A DNA stretch of 41,153 nucleotides from Candidatus Peregrinibacteria bacterium CG_4_10_14_0_2_um_filter_43_11 (GCA_002792495.1 PFOK01000137.1:1-41153); one strand, 5' to 3'. Counted from the stretch's first letter, positions 16,988 through 27,156 are shown. A program made the numbers and translations. The notes: generated by a model from the letters alone, not told the origin.

Positions 16988-18103
16988 CTATTGGTCATAT
17001 AAACCAAGTGCAAAATTATCAGTCATACCCGCGATATAATCTTTGACCACCACATGCAACGGTTCTGATTCCGTAAAGGTTCGAATCTTATCAGGAAGCA
17101 GGGTGGGCGTTTTCATAAAGCTTTCAAATAACAAACGAATGACACGCTTCCCCTTGTCATTGTACTCCGCAACCCCGGGGGATTGATAGAAATTTTGATA
17201 AAGGCAATGCTTAAGCTCATCATTCATTCGGCGCATCCCATCGGAAAAACAACAGAGGGAAGTGTCCGTCTTACAAACATCTGCAGCGGTTTGTATGGAG
17301 TGTTCCTGAATCAAGCGATCCGTATTATGTAACAAATCATCCGCCATCAAAGTCACCAAAGAAGAAATCATACCCATCTCCCAAAGCTCAAAAGGCAAAT
17401 CGGAACGCGTCTTGGTTTTTGCAAGTCGCCATAGTTTGAGTGACTCCAAGACATCCGGATTAAGGATCCCCGAGCGCAATCCATCATCAATATCATGATT
17501 CTGGTAAGCGATTTCATCCGCCATATTCACCAATTGAGCCTCCAAAGAAGGCATGGCGGAACTCTCGGAGAGAGGATTGTCGTAAGTGGTTCGATGTTTA
17601 ATGAGCCCGTCAATCACTTCAAAACTGAGGTTGAGGCCGGGATGTTCAACATGTTTTTGTTCAAGAATTTCAACAATACGACGACTCTGCTCATTGTGCT
17701 CAAAGCGATCGCCATACTCTTGCATAAGAACGTGCATTTCATCCTGCCCCGCATGACCAAACGGAGTATGCCCAAGATCGTGAGCAAGTGCGATCGCCTC
17801 TGTCAAATCCTCGTTTAAATTAAGGGTGCGAGCCATATCACGACTGAGCTGTGCCACCTCCATAGAATGAACTAAGCGAGAACGGTAGTGATCCCCATAA
17901 TGTGCCACAAAAACCTGTGTCTTTCCTTTTAGGCGACGAAAAGCTTTGGTGTGAATGATACGATCACGATCGCGCTGAAAACAAGTACGATAAGGATCAT
18001 CGGATTCCGGATACTGACGCCCCTTGGATTGAGTGCTTTTGATAGCGTAAGAAGCAAGCGCGCGCCCCTCCTGTTCTTCGAATTGTTGACGGGTTAATAA
18101 CAT
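16988..18103 (-). CDS. dgt: Deoxyguanosinetriphosphate triphosphohydrolase (HD superfamily)
   Basis: FQRDRDRIIH, FRRLKGKTQVF, RLVHSMEV, LAHDLGHTPFGHAG, FEHNEQS, ADEIAYQNHDIDD, DYIAGMTD. Confidence 0.95.
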   Translation of the reverse strand: MLLTRQQFEEQEGRALASYAIKSTQSKGRQYPESDDPYRTCFQRDRDRIIHTKAFRRLKGKTQVFVAHYGDHYRSRLVHSMEVAQLSRDMARTLNLNEDLTEAIALAHDLGHTPFGHAGQDEMHVLMQEYGDRFEHNEQSRRIVEILEQKHVEHPGLNLSFEVIDGLIKHRTTYDNPLSESSAMPSLEAQLVNMADEIAYQNHDIDDGLRSGILNPDVLESLKLWRLAKTKTRSDLPFELWEMGMISSLVTLMADDLLHNTDRLIQEHSIQTAADVCKTDTSLCCFSDGMRRMNDELKHCLYQNFYQSPGVAEYNDKGKRVIRLLFESFMKTPTLLPDKIRTFTESEPLHVVVKDYIAGMTDNFALGLYDQ

Positions 18104-18157
18104 GTAGTAACGATAATAATTAACTTCTTATGCACTGTAGCACTGCCTCACACTGAA

Positions 18158-19213
18158 TCAAGGCTGGCTCACCAATTCCACCGTACGTGTCGGAAAAGCA
18201 ATCGTGATATTTGCTTCATCAAAAGCGGATTTCATAGCCTTGATCGCCTCGTGCATCATTTCAAAATGAGCGGAGCGGTTACTGGCCTGCAAAATGAGTT
18301 TAAAATTTACATTGGAATCGCCAAATTCATAAAAGCGCACCACGGGCTTATAGGTCGCCACCCCAAAACGTTTGTCTTTCTGAAGTTCACGCCCCACTTT
18401 TAAAGCGATCTTTTCGACTTTATCCAAACGGCTGTTATAGGCCACTCCGCAGGGGACAAGAAAATCCATTTTACTCTGAGGTTCGTTAAAATTAGTGATC
18501 ATGCTTTCCGCCAATTTGGAATTGGGAATCATGACAAGGTTATTGTTCCATAATCGGATCACCGTATTGCGCCATCCTATTTTTTCAACAGTACCGCTCA
18601 AACCATCACCAATTTGGATATAATCATCTTTTTCAATAAAACCATCCGAAACAATTGTGAGACCGGAAAAATAATTGGAAAGCGTTGGCTGAAGAGCCAG
18701 GCCGACTGCCAAGCCGCCAATGCCAAAACTGGCGATCAAGGGGCTTACCGCCAAGCCAAAAACCTGAAAAGCAAAAATCAATGCCATAAAATAAATCATG
18801 GCATTTACTATCTTGCGCAAAGTAATCAAAAAAGCGCCGCGTTTTTTAGTCGTTTTATAACGATGCTCAACCCAGCCAAGAAGAGTGTTACTCAGACCGA
18901 TAGCCAGCATCACTAAAAGTAAAATAGCCATTAATTTTACAACAATCAAAAGCATATCATGATACGACGACAAAAAAGTGACTTGCAATAGCGCGAAATA
19001 AAAACCGCCGATAATGATTCCCCAATAAAAAGGACGCTCAATTACAGCAATCAGTTGATCGTCCATCTTGGTTTTAGTCTTGGCTGTGAGATGAGAAAGA
19101 ACGGCTTGAAATATAAAAAGAATGAACCGGGCTCCGGCCAACGTAATCAACAGAGTGAGAAGAAAATTAAACGTATTCTGATACTGATCGTAAAAAGTCA
19201 AAAAGACGTCCAT
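18158..19213 (-). CDS. mscS: Small-conductance mechanosensitive channel family protein
   Basis: Multiple TM helices, GIGGLAVGLALQPTLSNYFSG, GTVEKIGWRNT, IPNSKL, IAFPTR. Confidence 0.93.
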   Translation of the reverse strand: MDVFLTFYDQYQNTFNFLLTLLITLAGARFILFIFQAVLSHLTAKTKTKMDDQLIAVIERPFYWGIIIGGFYFALLQVTFLSSYHDMLLIVVKLMAILLLVMLAIGLSNTLLGWVEHRYKTTKKRGAFLITLRKIVNAMIYFMALIFAFQVFGLAVSPLIASFGIGGLAVGLALQPTLSNYFSGLTIVSDGFIEKDDYIQIGDGLSGTVEKIGWRNTVIRLWNNNLVMIPNSKLAESMITNFNEPQSKMDFLVPCGVAYNSRLDKVEKIALKVGRELQKDKRFGVATYKPVVRFYEFGDSNVNFKLILQASNRSAHFEMMHEAIKAMKSAFDEANITIAFPTRTVELVSQP

Positions 19214-19319
19214 AACCTTTATATTTTAATGACAAAGTAAGTACTTTTAGGGTAACATAATGACAGTGTCGAAACAACGGAATGAAAGAGTGATGCCATC
19301 TTAAAAAACGCATTAGCCC

Positions 19320-19910
19320 ATGAGCCAAATGAATAAACTTGAAATCCGTCGGCAGATCATCCACATATTATACGGACCACTCCTTGTGATGTTGTACGAA
19401 AAGGCTTTTTTGAATGAAAAAATATTATTGGGGCTCATTCTCATCGGAGCGGGAACTTCCTACATGATCAAACGGAAACAATTGAATGTTGTGGCACGCG
19501 TTCTTTCGTTTTTTGAACGTGATCATCATATGGAAAATTTTCCGGGACGCGGGATTTTATTTTTTACCATCGGCGCTTTTTTATCGTTGATTCTTTTTGA
19601 TAAATCCATCGCTTACGCCAGTATTTTGATGTTGAGTGCGGGGGACGCGATTAGCAATTTAACGGGACGTCATTTTGGACGCATAAAAACACGGCTAAAC
19701 CCCAAAAAATACATTGAAGGAACGATTCTGGGTATTTTATTTTCCATCCCCATCGCATACTATTTTGTTTCCAATATCATCGCGGCATCTGTAGCGTCCT
19801 CTATCGCGATGTTTCTGGAGATTCCGAACATTCGGTTATTTGGGTTTGAAATCGACGACAATTTAATCATTCCATTGGCCGCCGGATTCACATTAAGTTT
19901 ATTCACGTAA
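19320..19910 (+). CDS. Dolichol/phytol/diacylglycerol kinase (SEC59/DGK1/VTE5-like) membrane protein
   Basis: EIRRQIIH, GDAISNLTGRHFG, KKYIEG, IDDNLIIP; highly hydrophobic. Confidence 0.85.
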   Translation: MSQMNKLEIRRQIIHILYGPLLVMLYEKAFLNEKILLGLILIGAGTSYMIKRKQLNVVARVLSFFERDHHMENFPGRGILFFTIGAFLSLILFDKSIAYASILMLSAGDAISNLTGRHFGRIKTRLNPKKYIEGTILGILFSIPIAYYFVSNIIAASVASSIAMFLEIPNIRLFGFEIDDNLIIPLAAGFTLSLFT

Positions 19911-19915
19911 AAAAA

Positions 19916-20272
19916 ATGAACAATCAAACCTTTGGAAAGAGAGGGGAAGAAGTCGCCAGAGAATTTCTGAAAAAGAAGGAGTACGAAATATTGGCAACTA
20001 ATTTTCAAAAACAGTCCGGCGAAATCGACATCATCGCTAAAAAGAATGGAGAATATGTTTTTGTGGAAGTAAAAACAAGACAGGGGCTGAATTACGGATA
20101 TCCCGAAGAAGCCGTGACTCCGGAAAAAATCAACCGCATAATAGAAACAGGCCTTCAGTGGCTGGAGGAGAATGATATTGAAACAGAAAATTACCGCATT
20201 GATGTGATCGCGATTGAAACCAATAACGGAAAATCCAAAATCACTCATTTGGAAAATGTAAGCATAGATTAA
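19916..20272 (+). CDS. yraN: YraN family (UPF0102) endonuclease-like protein
   Basis: GKRGEE, GEIDII, VFVEVKTR, PEEAVT, RIDVIAI. Confidence 0.95.
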   Translation: MNNQTFGKRGEEVAREFLKKKEYEILATNFQKQSGEIDIIAKKNGEYVFVEVKTRQGLNYGYPEEAVTPEKINRIIETGLQWLEENDIETENYRIDVIAIETNNGKSKITHLENVSID

Positions 20273-20291
20273 ATCCCTACTTTTTGTAGAC

Positions 20292-21251
20292 ATGAAATCA
20301 AAACAAAAAAATAAAATGGTCTTCGGTCTCAGCCTCATTCTGGCAGGAGCTGTTTATGTGTGGTTCTTTCCGCTAAACAAAGGAACTTTTGAACTGAATA
20401 CCGACCTGGAAGGATACCGCGTGCTGATGGATGGGGAAGAATTGCTGTGTACGTATGATCCATGCAACACACGGCTAAAAACAGGGGAGCATTTATTGCT
20501 TATTCAGAAAGAGGGATATACAACCATCTCCGAAAACATTTGGATAGACCGGGGAAAAGTAACCCAAGTGAAGCCACCACTCAAACGGATCTACATCCTA
20601 AAAAAAAGTGAAACAACGCCTCAGGACAATAAAAAACCGTCACGGGCTATTCCGGACGCATTTGGAAAAAAGGCACTTGCTTACGTCTGGAACGAAGCGC
20701 AGACACGCTTGATTTTTCTGGATAAAACGGATGAACGGATAAAAATAGGGAACGAACAGAAAGTGAAACCCATCGCACTACTAAAAAACATAACCCCCCC
20801 ACTCCATTTTTACTGGTCATCGAATGAAAAATGGCTCCTCGCTCAAAAAAACAATGAACTTTATTTCATTGATATAATAAAGAGTACACGACATAAAAAA
20901 ATCCTCGACTTTGAACCCCAAAACATCACCTGGGGACCGGGAGAAATGTTGATGTTGAATAAGGGAAATGAACTGTTCCATGTCGGCTTCGAAAACCAAA
21001 CCGTGGAACCGGCAAATATGGAAATAAACCTCTCACAAAGCGTATGGAGCGACGATGAGACATTGCTTTATTTTGTATCCTCACCGGAAAAAACAAAGAC
21101 CGAAATAAAGACATACAACCCCGGAACCAACACCATGATCACCCTAACGGTTAAATTTGATTTAGTGGTTAGCCGAATAGAATTCGATAAAACAAATAAA
21201 ACCGCCTATTTCAAAACGGATGATAACGAATGGTATGAATTGAAGTTATAG
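20292..21251 (+). CDS. PEGA-domain protein with probable beta-propeller
   Basis: N-terminal TM, PEGA-like LKTGEHLLLIQKEGY, then repeated W-S/P-x-x-x blade-like motifs (WSSNEK, WGPGE, WSDDET). Confidence 0.65.
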   Translation: MKSKQKNKMVFGLSLILAGAVYVWFFPLNKGTFELNTDLEGYRVLMDGEELLCTYDPCNTRLKTGEHLLLIQKEGYTTISENIWIDRGKVTQVKPPLKRIYILKKSETTPQDNKKPSRAIPDAFGKKALAYVWNEAQTRLIFLDKTDERIKIGNEQKVKPIALLKNITPPLHFYWSSNEKWLLAQKNNELYFIDIIKSTRHKKILDFEPQNITWGPGEMLMLNKGNELFHVGFENQTVEPANMEINLSQSVWSDDETLLYFVSSPEKTKTEIKTYNPGTNTMITLTVKFDLVVSRIEFDKTNKTAYFKTDDNEWYELKL

Positions 21252-21308
21252 AAAAAACAACCATCAAACCGGATGCAGGAAAAGGGGAAACGATATCTGG
21301 GAAACACA

Positions 21309-21758
21309 CTAACGTTTAGCCCACTGTGGAGCACGACGCGCACGTTTAAGACCGAATTTCTTACGTTCTTTAATGCGTGAATCACGAGTGATCAAACCCG
21401 CTTTTTTAAGAACGGCGCGTAAAGCGGGATCATATTCAAGGAGCGCCTTGGCAACTCCATGACGAACCGCATCGGACTGAGCACTAATACCACCTCCAAT
21501 CACAAAAACGGTAATATCGAATGTTTTTTGTAGACTGGTTAATTTTAGAGGAGAAAGGATGTTTCCGATCAAAGTTCCGAAAAAATACTCATCCATCGTA
21601 TGCCCATTAACATTAAAATCCCCCTTTCCGCCTTCGTACAAACGCACATTGGCTATCGCGGTTTTACGTTTGCCATTCGCGTAATAATAACGACCATCAC
21701 GCTTAGGGAAAATTAACTGAGCTTCTTTTTCAACGATGTCTTCTTTAGTAACAGGCAT
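21309..21758 (-). CDS. rpsI: 30S ribosomal protein S9
   Basis: GKRKTAIA, GGGISAQ, RDSRIKERKKFGLKRARRAPQWAKR. Confidence 0.98.
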   Translation of the reverse strand: MPVTKEDIVEKEAQLIFPKRDGRYYYANGKRKTAIANVRLYEGGKGDFNVNGHTMDEYFFGTLIGNILSPLKLTSLQKTFDITVFVIGGGISAQSDAVRHGVAKALLEYDPALRAVLKKAGLITRDSRIKERKKFGLKRARRAPQWAKR

Positions 21759-21766
21759 ATTAAAAT

Positions 21767-22204
21767 TTAAAAGTTAAGGATAGTAGGATTTTGACCGGCA
21801 TGAGGGTGCTCGGAACCCGGATAGATCATCAATCTTTCCAGGAAATGTTTTCTTAAACGGTTTTTAGGCAACATTCCGGAAACTGCCTCTTCAATAACAC
21901 GCTTTGGGTTCTTTTCGCGAACCTCCTTGAAGGGTTTTCGGCGAAGATGCCCCAAATAACCCGTATGATGAATATATTCTTTTTTCTCTTCCTTTCCTCC
22001 GGTCAACTGGACTTTATTGGCGTTAATAACAACGACATAATCCCCCATGTCCATATGAGGTGTAAAAATAGGCTTGTTCTTGCCACGAATAATATTAGCA
22101 ATCTCGGTAGCAATACGGCCAAGTGTTTTACCTTCCGCGTCGACCAGATACCATTTTTTATCGGCCTTCACTTCGACCTTCGGTATAAAAGTTTTAAATG
22201 ACAT
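21767..22204 (-). CDS. rplM: 50S ribosomal protein L13
   Basis: WYLVDAEGKTLGRIA, GKNKPIFTPH, GMLPKN. Confidence 0.98.
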   Translation of the reverse strand: MSFKTFIPKVEVKADKKWYLVDAEGKTLGRIATEIANIIRGKNKPIFTPHMDMGDYVVVINANKVQLTGGKEEKKEYIHHTGYLGHLRRKPFKEVREKNPKRVIEEAVSGMLPKNRLRKHFLERLMIYPGSEHPHAGQNPTILNF

Positions 22205-22217
22205 AGAATCGAATGAG

Positions 22218-22571
22218 TTATATTAATTCAATTTGCATGATTCGAGCGGAATCACCAGCGCGAAACCCTTTGTGAGTCAGACGTAAAAACCCGGAATTGC
22301 GATCTTTATAGCGTTCTAACAATTCCTGAGTGACTTTTTTAGTCGCGTTTTCATCAAGAAAAAATTGATTCAGCTCACGAATGGCGGTAGAAAGCTCTTT
22401 TTTCTTGGCAAAAGTAATCATCTTTTCAACAAGAGGACGAACAAGCTTTGCCTTAGCCTCGGTTGTTTTTACTTTTTCATAAAGAATCACTGAAGTGGCC
22501 AAGTTTCTTAACATAGCATTCAGGTGATTAGCCTTCCTATTGATACGTGTTGATTTAACTTGATGTCGCAT
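22218..22571 (-). CDS. rplQ: 50S ribosomal protein L17
   Basis: MRH, AMLRNLATS, KTTEAKAK, RAGDSA. Confidence 0.97.
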   Translation of the reverse strand: MRHQVKSTRINRKANHLNAMLRNLATSVILYEKVKTTEAKAKLVRPLVEKMITFAKKKELSTAIRELNQFFLDENATKKVTQELLERYKDRNSGFLRLTHKGFRAGDSARIMQIELI

Positions 22572-22601
22572 AAGAAATAGTTAACTAAAAACCATAAAAA
22601 A

Positions 22602-23588
22602 TTATAAACCTCCATCGTCGGAAAGCTTCAAGCCACGAGTGGCCAACGCTTCTTCAACTTCGGTCATCGCCTTTTTACCGAAACCACGAAAATTACCCAT
22701 TTGCCCCTCGGAACATTTAACCAATTGTTCAATAGAACCGATACCGGCATTGATAAGCGCATTCAACGTGCGTGGTGAAAAATTCAGGATTTCAATAGGG
22801 GTATAGGTTTCTTTTTTGGACTCTTCCTGCTCCTCATCACGTTCTTTTTCTTTCACGGTCTGAAAATCACTACGGAAATCAGGTTCGATTTCTTCATTTT
22901 CGATCAGAAAAAGATCAAAATAAGATTTCAAAATACTCGAACTGAATTTCAAAGCATCTTCAGGGGTGATAGAGCCATTGGTCTCGATTTCGACAGTTAA
23001 TTTATCCAAATCCGTTCTCTGCCCGACACGCGTGCTGGTAACATCATAACGAACCTTAAGGATGGGAGTAAAAATACCATCAACCAAAATCAAACCGATG
23101 TCTTTTTCTTTTTTCTTGCGAAGAACAACCGGTTGGTAACCGACGCCTTTTTCAGCAATGAGTTCCATCTCGAGTTTGGTTCCTTTTTTGGTAATTGTAG
23201 TAATGCGCAAATCAGGATTCAAAATTGCAATATCACTCGAATGCTCAATGTCCTTCGCAAAAACATCCCCTTCTTTTTTAACGGATAGCTTCATTACTTC
23301 CGTTTCTTTGGAATATTTTTTGATCTGAAGTGTTTTTAAGGTCAAAATAATATCAAGAACACTATCCTGCACACCGGTAATGGGACAATATTCATGTGAA
23401 ACACCTTCGATCTTAACGGCGGTTACAGCAGCGCCCGGTAAAGAAGACAGGAGGACTCGCCTAAGGGCATTTCCCAATGTCATTCCATAGCCGGCCGGTA
23501 ACGGACTGATACTAAAAACAGCATGATTGTCCTTGGTGGACTCAACGGCTATTTTGGGTAAACCTATTTCTTCTTGGATGATATGCAT
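22602..23588 (-). CDS. rpoA: RNA polymerase subunit alpha
   Basis: PLPAGYGMTLGNALRRVLLSSLPG, RVGQRTDLDKL, CTD SPRTLNAL...GFGKKA. Confidence 0.98.
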   Translation of the reverse strand: MHIIQEEIGLPKIAVESTKDNHAVFSISPLPAGYGMTLGNALRRVLLSSLPGAAVTAVKIEGVSHEYCPITGVQDSVLDIILTLKTLQIKKYSKETEVMKLSVKKEGDVFAKDIEHSSDIAILNPDLRITTITKKGTKLEMELIAEKGVGYQPVVLRKKKEKDIGLILVDGIFTPILKVRYDVTSTRVGQRTDLDKLTVEIETNGSITPEDALKFSSSILKSYFDLFLIENEEIEPDFRSDFQTVKEKERDEEQEESKKETYTPIEILNFSPRTLNALINAGIGSIEQLVKCSEGQMGNFRGFGKKAMTEVEEALATRGLKLSDDGGL

Positions 23589-23605
23589 AAATATAAAAAG
23601 TTAAA

Positions 23606-24217
23606 TTATCGAGAATAAAATTCGACAATTAGCTGACTATCAATACTTTTTTCAAGGTCATCTTTCTCGGGATAAGAAAGAACTTCTATAATTCCCTTTT
23701 TCAAATCAACATTGAGCCATTTGGGGGAAAAATCTTTCAATCCGGCCAGCTCATGATACAAAGGGCTTTCTTTCAGGCGGGGAACAATTTCAATCTTGTC
23801 GCCGGGACGAACGGAAATGGAAGGAATATCAATACGATGGCCGTTCAGAAGGAGGTGGCGATGAGTGACCATTTGTCTGGATTGCATACGCGTTACCGCA
23901 AATTGCGAAACATAAACCACATTATCCAACCTCAATTCAAGAAGCCTCAAAAGATTTTGACCGGTTTCACCGGGTTGCTTGGAAGCTTTCTCAAAATAAT
24001 TGGCAAACTGGTGCTCAGAGACTCCGAATACAATCTTGGCCTTCTGTTTTTCCTTCAATTGAACCCCGTATTCACTCACTTTCCCAAAGCGTGCCTTGGG
24101 ACCGTGAACACCCGGTTTAAAATTACGACGGGATAAAATTTTGGCATATTTTTCAGCGCCAAACAAATTAGCCCCCATTCTTCGGCATAACTTTGCTTTT
24201 GGACCAGTATAACGCAT
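23606..24217 (-). CDS. rpsD: 30S ribosomal protein S4
   Basis: MRYTGP, SEYGVQLKEKQK, LELRLDNVV, LIVEFYSR. Confidence 0.98.
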   Translation of the reverse strand: MRYTGPKAKLCRRMGANLFGAEKYAKILSRRNFKPGVHGPKARFGKVSEYGVQLKEKQKAKIVFGVSEHQFANYFEKASKQPGETGQNLLRLLELRLDNVVYVSQFAVTRMQSRQMVTHRHLLLNGHRIDIPSISVRPGDKIEIVPRLKESPLYHELAGLKDFSPKWLNVDLKKGIIEVLSYPEKDDLEKSIDSQLIVEFYSR

Positions 24218-24247
24218 AACAGATGTGAAATTTAAAATTTAAGATTA

Positions 24248-24322
24248 CTTTGGGTGCACCGCACCGGATTGTGATACTATGGCACGAGCACAGCTGCGCC
24301 AAATGACCGCATAACTGTGTAT
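24248..24322 (-). promoter_or_regulatory. Candidate structured leader upstream of rpsD
   Basis: GC-rich segment in the 112-nt rpsK-rpsD spacer. Hairpin CACAGT(ta)TGCG/CGCA-GCTGTG with an alternative pairing of GCTGTGC to GTGCGGT. Confidence 0.35.
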
Positions 24323-24329
24323 TGATGGA

Positions 24330-24719
24330 CTAAACACGTCGGGCTTTTTTCTTGCGACAACCGTTATGAGGTGCTGGTGTAAGATCGAAGATGGCTTCTA
24401 AATCAAGCCCGGCAATTTGAAAACCACGGATGGCCTGTTCCCGACCGGATCCAACCCCATTAACAAACACTTTCACCTTTTCAACATTATAAGGCTGAAC
24501 TTTTTCAATTACTTTTTCAGCAGTTACCGTAGCGGCATAAGGCGTCGCCTTACGAGACCCCTTAAAACCACAAGCCCCGGCACTGGACCAAGCCAATACA
24601 TCCCCATTAGGGTCACTGACAGTGATCAGCGTATTGTTGTAAGAAGCCGTAATGTGAACATTGGCATGAGAAACGGTTCTGCGAACCTTTTTCACTGATT
24701 TTGTAGTCGTTTTCGCCAT
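24330..24719 (-). CDS. rpsK: 30S ribosomal protein S11
   Basis: ASYNNT, GFKGSRKATPYAA, PHNGCR. Confidence 0.98.
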   Translation of the reverse strand: MAKTTTKSVKKVRRTVSHANVHITASYNNTLITVSDPNGDVLAWSSAGACGFKGSRKATPYAATVTAEKVIEKVQPYNVEKVKVFVNGVGSGREQAIRGFQIAGLDLEAIFDLTPAPHNGCRKKKARRV

Positions 24720-24745
24720 AAATAATGAATGGATTAATGAGAAGA

Positions 24746-25123
24746 TTAAGTTTTAGTAGCCTTGATTTTACCGCTACCCATAGTAACGCGTCGACCTCGT
24801 TTTGTGCGGGCATTGGTCTTGGTGCGTTGACCGCGAACCGGCAAATGACGCCTGTGACGAAACCCACGATACGAACCGATTTCCTGCAAACGCTTGATAT
24901 TACCGGTAACCTCACGTTTTAAATCCCCCTCAATGGCAAATTTAGAAACAGCATCACGAATTTTTTGCTCATCCGCCTCGGACAACGCTTCAACTTTCTT
25001 ATCAAGATCGATCTTCAAATCAGTTAAGAGTGCGCGGCTAAGCTGACGTCCGATACCGTATATACCGGTCAAAGCCACTTCAATACGTTTACCCTTTGCC
25101 AAATTGATTCCTGCTATTCTCAT
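24746..25123 (-). CDS. rpsM: 30S ribosomal protein S13
   Basis: MRIAGI, IYGIG, YRGFRHRRHLPVRGQRTKTNART. Confidence 0.98.
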   Translation of the reverse strand: MRIAGINLAKGKRIEVALTGIYGIGRQLSRALLTDLKIDLDKKVEALSEADEQKIRDAVSKFAIEGDLKREVTGNIKRLQEIGSYRGFRHRRHLPVRGQRTKTNARTKRGRRVTMGSGKIKATKT

Positions 25124-25147
25124 TTAAATTGTAATTTAAAATTAAAA

Positions 25148-25276
25148 TTAACCCTGCCTCTGCTTATGCCTAGCGGAAACGGGACAAATAACACGAAGGA
25201 CTTTTCCCTTTTTACTCCCTCGCTTAATAACACGACATTTATCACATATTTTTTTAACAGAAGCGCGTACTTTCAT
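25148..25276 (-). CDS. rpmJ: 50S ribosomal protein L36 (42 aa; below the ORF-track cutoff)
   Basis: Translates [42 protein letters not shown]; canonical position infA-rpmJ-rpsM. Confidence 0.97.
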   Translation of the reverse strand: MKVRASVKKICDKCRVIKRGSKKGKVLRVICPVSARHKQRQG

Positions 25277-25295
25277 AATAAAAATGATGAATTAA

Positions 25296-25604
25296 TTATC
25301 CTTCAACCGACTCATCCTCTGAAACGAAACCGGTGTCTAAATTGGAATCGGAAGATTCAAAATCGCTTGCTTTTTTATTTTTATGCCGATAAGTAATTCG
25401 CCCTTTAGTAAGGTCGTAGGGGGTCATTTCAACCGTCACTATATCTCCGGGCAAGATACGAATGTAATTCATTCTGACCTTACCGGAAACATGAGCGATG
25501 ATGGTGTGTCCTTTGTAATTTTCACCAATCAATTCGACACGAAAAGTGGCGTTAGAAAGGGATTCAATGACTTTTCCTTCGACTTCAATAACTTGTTTCG
25601 CCAT
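25296..25604 (-). CDS. infA: Translation initiation factor IF-1 with acidic C-terminal extension
   Basis: [38 protein letters not shown]. Confidence 0.97.
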   Translation of the reverse strand: MAKQVIEVEGKVIESLSNATFRVELIGENYKGHTIIAHVSGKVRMNYIRILPGDIVTVEMTPYDLTKGRITYRHKNKKASDFESSDSNLDTGFVSEDESVEG

Positions 25605-25629
25605 AATTCAAAATAACAAAAGCGGTAAG

Positions 25630-25658
25630 AGTTTACATGAATGCACTAGGCAAGGCAA
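25630..25658 (-). promoter_or_regulatory. Sigma70-type promoter for infA-rpmJ-alpha operon
   Basis: Minus strand TTGCCT (25658-25653) - 17 nt - TAAACT (25635-25630), with an A-rich UP-like tract upstream. Confidence 0.7.
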
Positions 25659-25735
25659 GAGATTTTTTTATTTATTTTTATTGGACTGAAATCAGAGGTA
25701 AAAAAGGCATAAAAATGGAATAAGCCATGCTTATT

Positions 25736-26488
25736 TTAGACAAGAATTTCGGAACCGTTTTTGGTGACTAGAATGGTATGCTCAAAATGAGCGGAGGGGG
25801 TTCCGTCAGCGGAAACGACTGTCCATCCATCTTCAAGGGTTTCCACGTCACCATTTCCCATGGTGGAGATAGGCTCAACAGCAAGTACCATTCCCGCCTG
25901 AAGCATAGGACCCGTCCCCTTACGCCCCGCGTTAAGAATTTCCGGCGGTTCGTGTAAATCACGACCTACTCCATGGCCGGTGCATTCAACAACAGGGCTA
26001 TAACCCTGATCTTCGATGGTTTTTTGAATAACGGCGGAAATATCTCCCACATGAGCACCATGACGAATGACCTTAACTGCATTATCGAGAGCTTTTTTGG
26101 TAATTTTGACAAAATGTCTAACTTCAGGAAGTGGATCACCCACCAAAAAAGTTCGACAAGCATCCGTATGAAACCCGTCGTAATAAACCCCGCAATCCAC
26201 ACCCACAATATCTCCATCTGCCAAAATACAATTCGCGGAAGGGATCCCATGAACCACTTCTTCGTTCACAGAAGCGCAAATCGAAGCCGGAAAGCCATTG
26301 TACCCTTTAAACCCGGGAATAGCCCCTTTGCTCACAATAAGGGATTCGACCAACTGATCAAGCTCTAAGGTGCTCACCCCCGGATGAATGGCGGCTTCAA
26401 CAGCCTGAAGTGCCTGCTGAAGAATGAGTGCCGCATGACGCATTTTCCGCAAATCGGCTTCTGTTTTAATGGGAATGATAGAATGCAT
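25736..26488 (-). CDS. map: Methionine aminopeptidase type I
   Basis: SVNEEVVHGIP, DCGV...DACRT, GHGVGRDLHEPP, AVEP, SAHFEHT. Confidence 0.97.
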   Translation of the reverse strand: MHSIIPIKTEADLRKMRHAALILQQALQAVEAAIHPGVSTLELDQLVESLIVSKGAIPGFKGYNGFPASICASVNEEVVHGIPSANCILADGDIVGVDCGVYYDGFHTDACRTFLVGDPLPEVRHFVKITKKALDNAVKVIRHGAHVGDISAVIQKTIEDQGYSPVVECTGHGVGRDLHEPPEILNAGRKGTGPMLQAGMVLAVEPISTMGNGDVETLEDGWTVVSADGTPSAHFEHTILVTKNGSEILV

Positions 26489-26514
26489 GATTGTGGTTTC
26501 AAAAAAATTCAAAA

Positions 26515-27156
26515 CTAAGTGAAAAGATAGGCCGCTTTTTCAATCATCTCCTCGGTAACATCGGGAATAATCTGTTCTCCATCCACTTTGATCAAACGGT
26601 CGATATCATAAAAATGCTGAATAACGGGTTTGGTTTCATTTTCATAATGAGACAATCGTTGTTTAACGCTTTCAAGATCACTATCGTCCTGACGGATGAC
26701 AAGCGGAGTCTGATCATCGGCACAAACATCCTGCTTGTAAAAACCGGGGTAAATCGCCTTACAAGTAGGACAAATGCGTCGCTCTGTTAAACGTTTAATG
26801 GCGGTTTCCTGAGAAAGTTCAATGAGAAGCGCGAAAACATCCCGTTGATATTTTTTGAGCAACGCCTCTAGCTTTTCCGATTGGGTCTGAGTACGTGGAA
26901 TGCCATCAAAAAGAACGGATTGATCCGGACTAATCCCCCGCAAAAAACTTTCCGCAATCTCAACAACCGTATCGTCATCCACCAAATGTCCCCCTTCCAC
27001 AATTGTTTTTATTTTATTGCCCAATTCAGTACCGGATTCGATTATAGAACGCAACTGGGATCCCATGTCAAAAACATGGAGATGATACCGTTCAGCCAAT
27101 AGCTTACCCTGAGTGCCTTTTCCTGAACCTTGGATCCCGAATAAAATAATATCCAT
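26515..27156 (-). CDS. adk: Adenylate kinase
   Basis: GIQGSGKGTQ P-loop, FDGIPRT, LID CPTC...C. Confidence 0.97.
   Translation of the reverse strand: MDIILFGIQGSGKGTQGKLLAERYHLHVFDMGSQLRSIIESGTELGNKIKTIVEGGHLVDDDTVVEIAESFLRGISPDQSVLFDGIPRTQTQSEKLEALLKKYQRDVFALLIELSQETAIKRLTERRICPTCKAIYPGFYKQDVCADDQTPLVIRQDDSDLESVKQRLSHYENETKPVIQHFYDIDRLIKVDGEQIIPDVTEEMIEKAAYLFT

Noticed and set aside
16988..18103. dGTPase as an anti-phage system
   Set aside because: Short housekeeping-type Dgt next to nrdR in a non-defence context.
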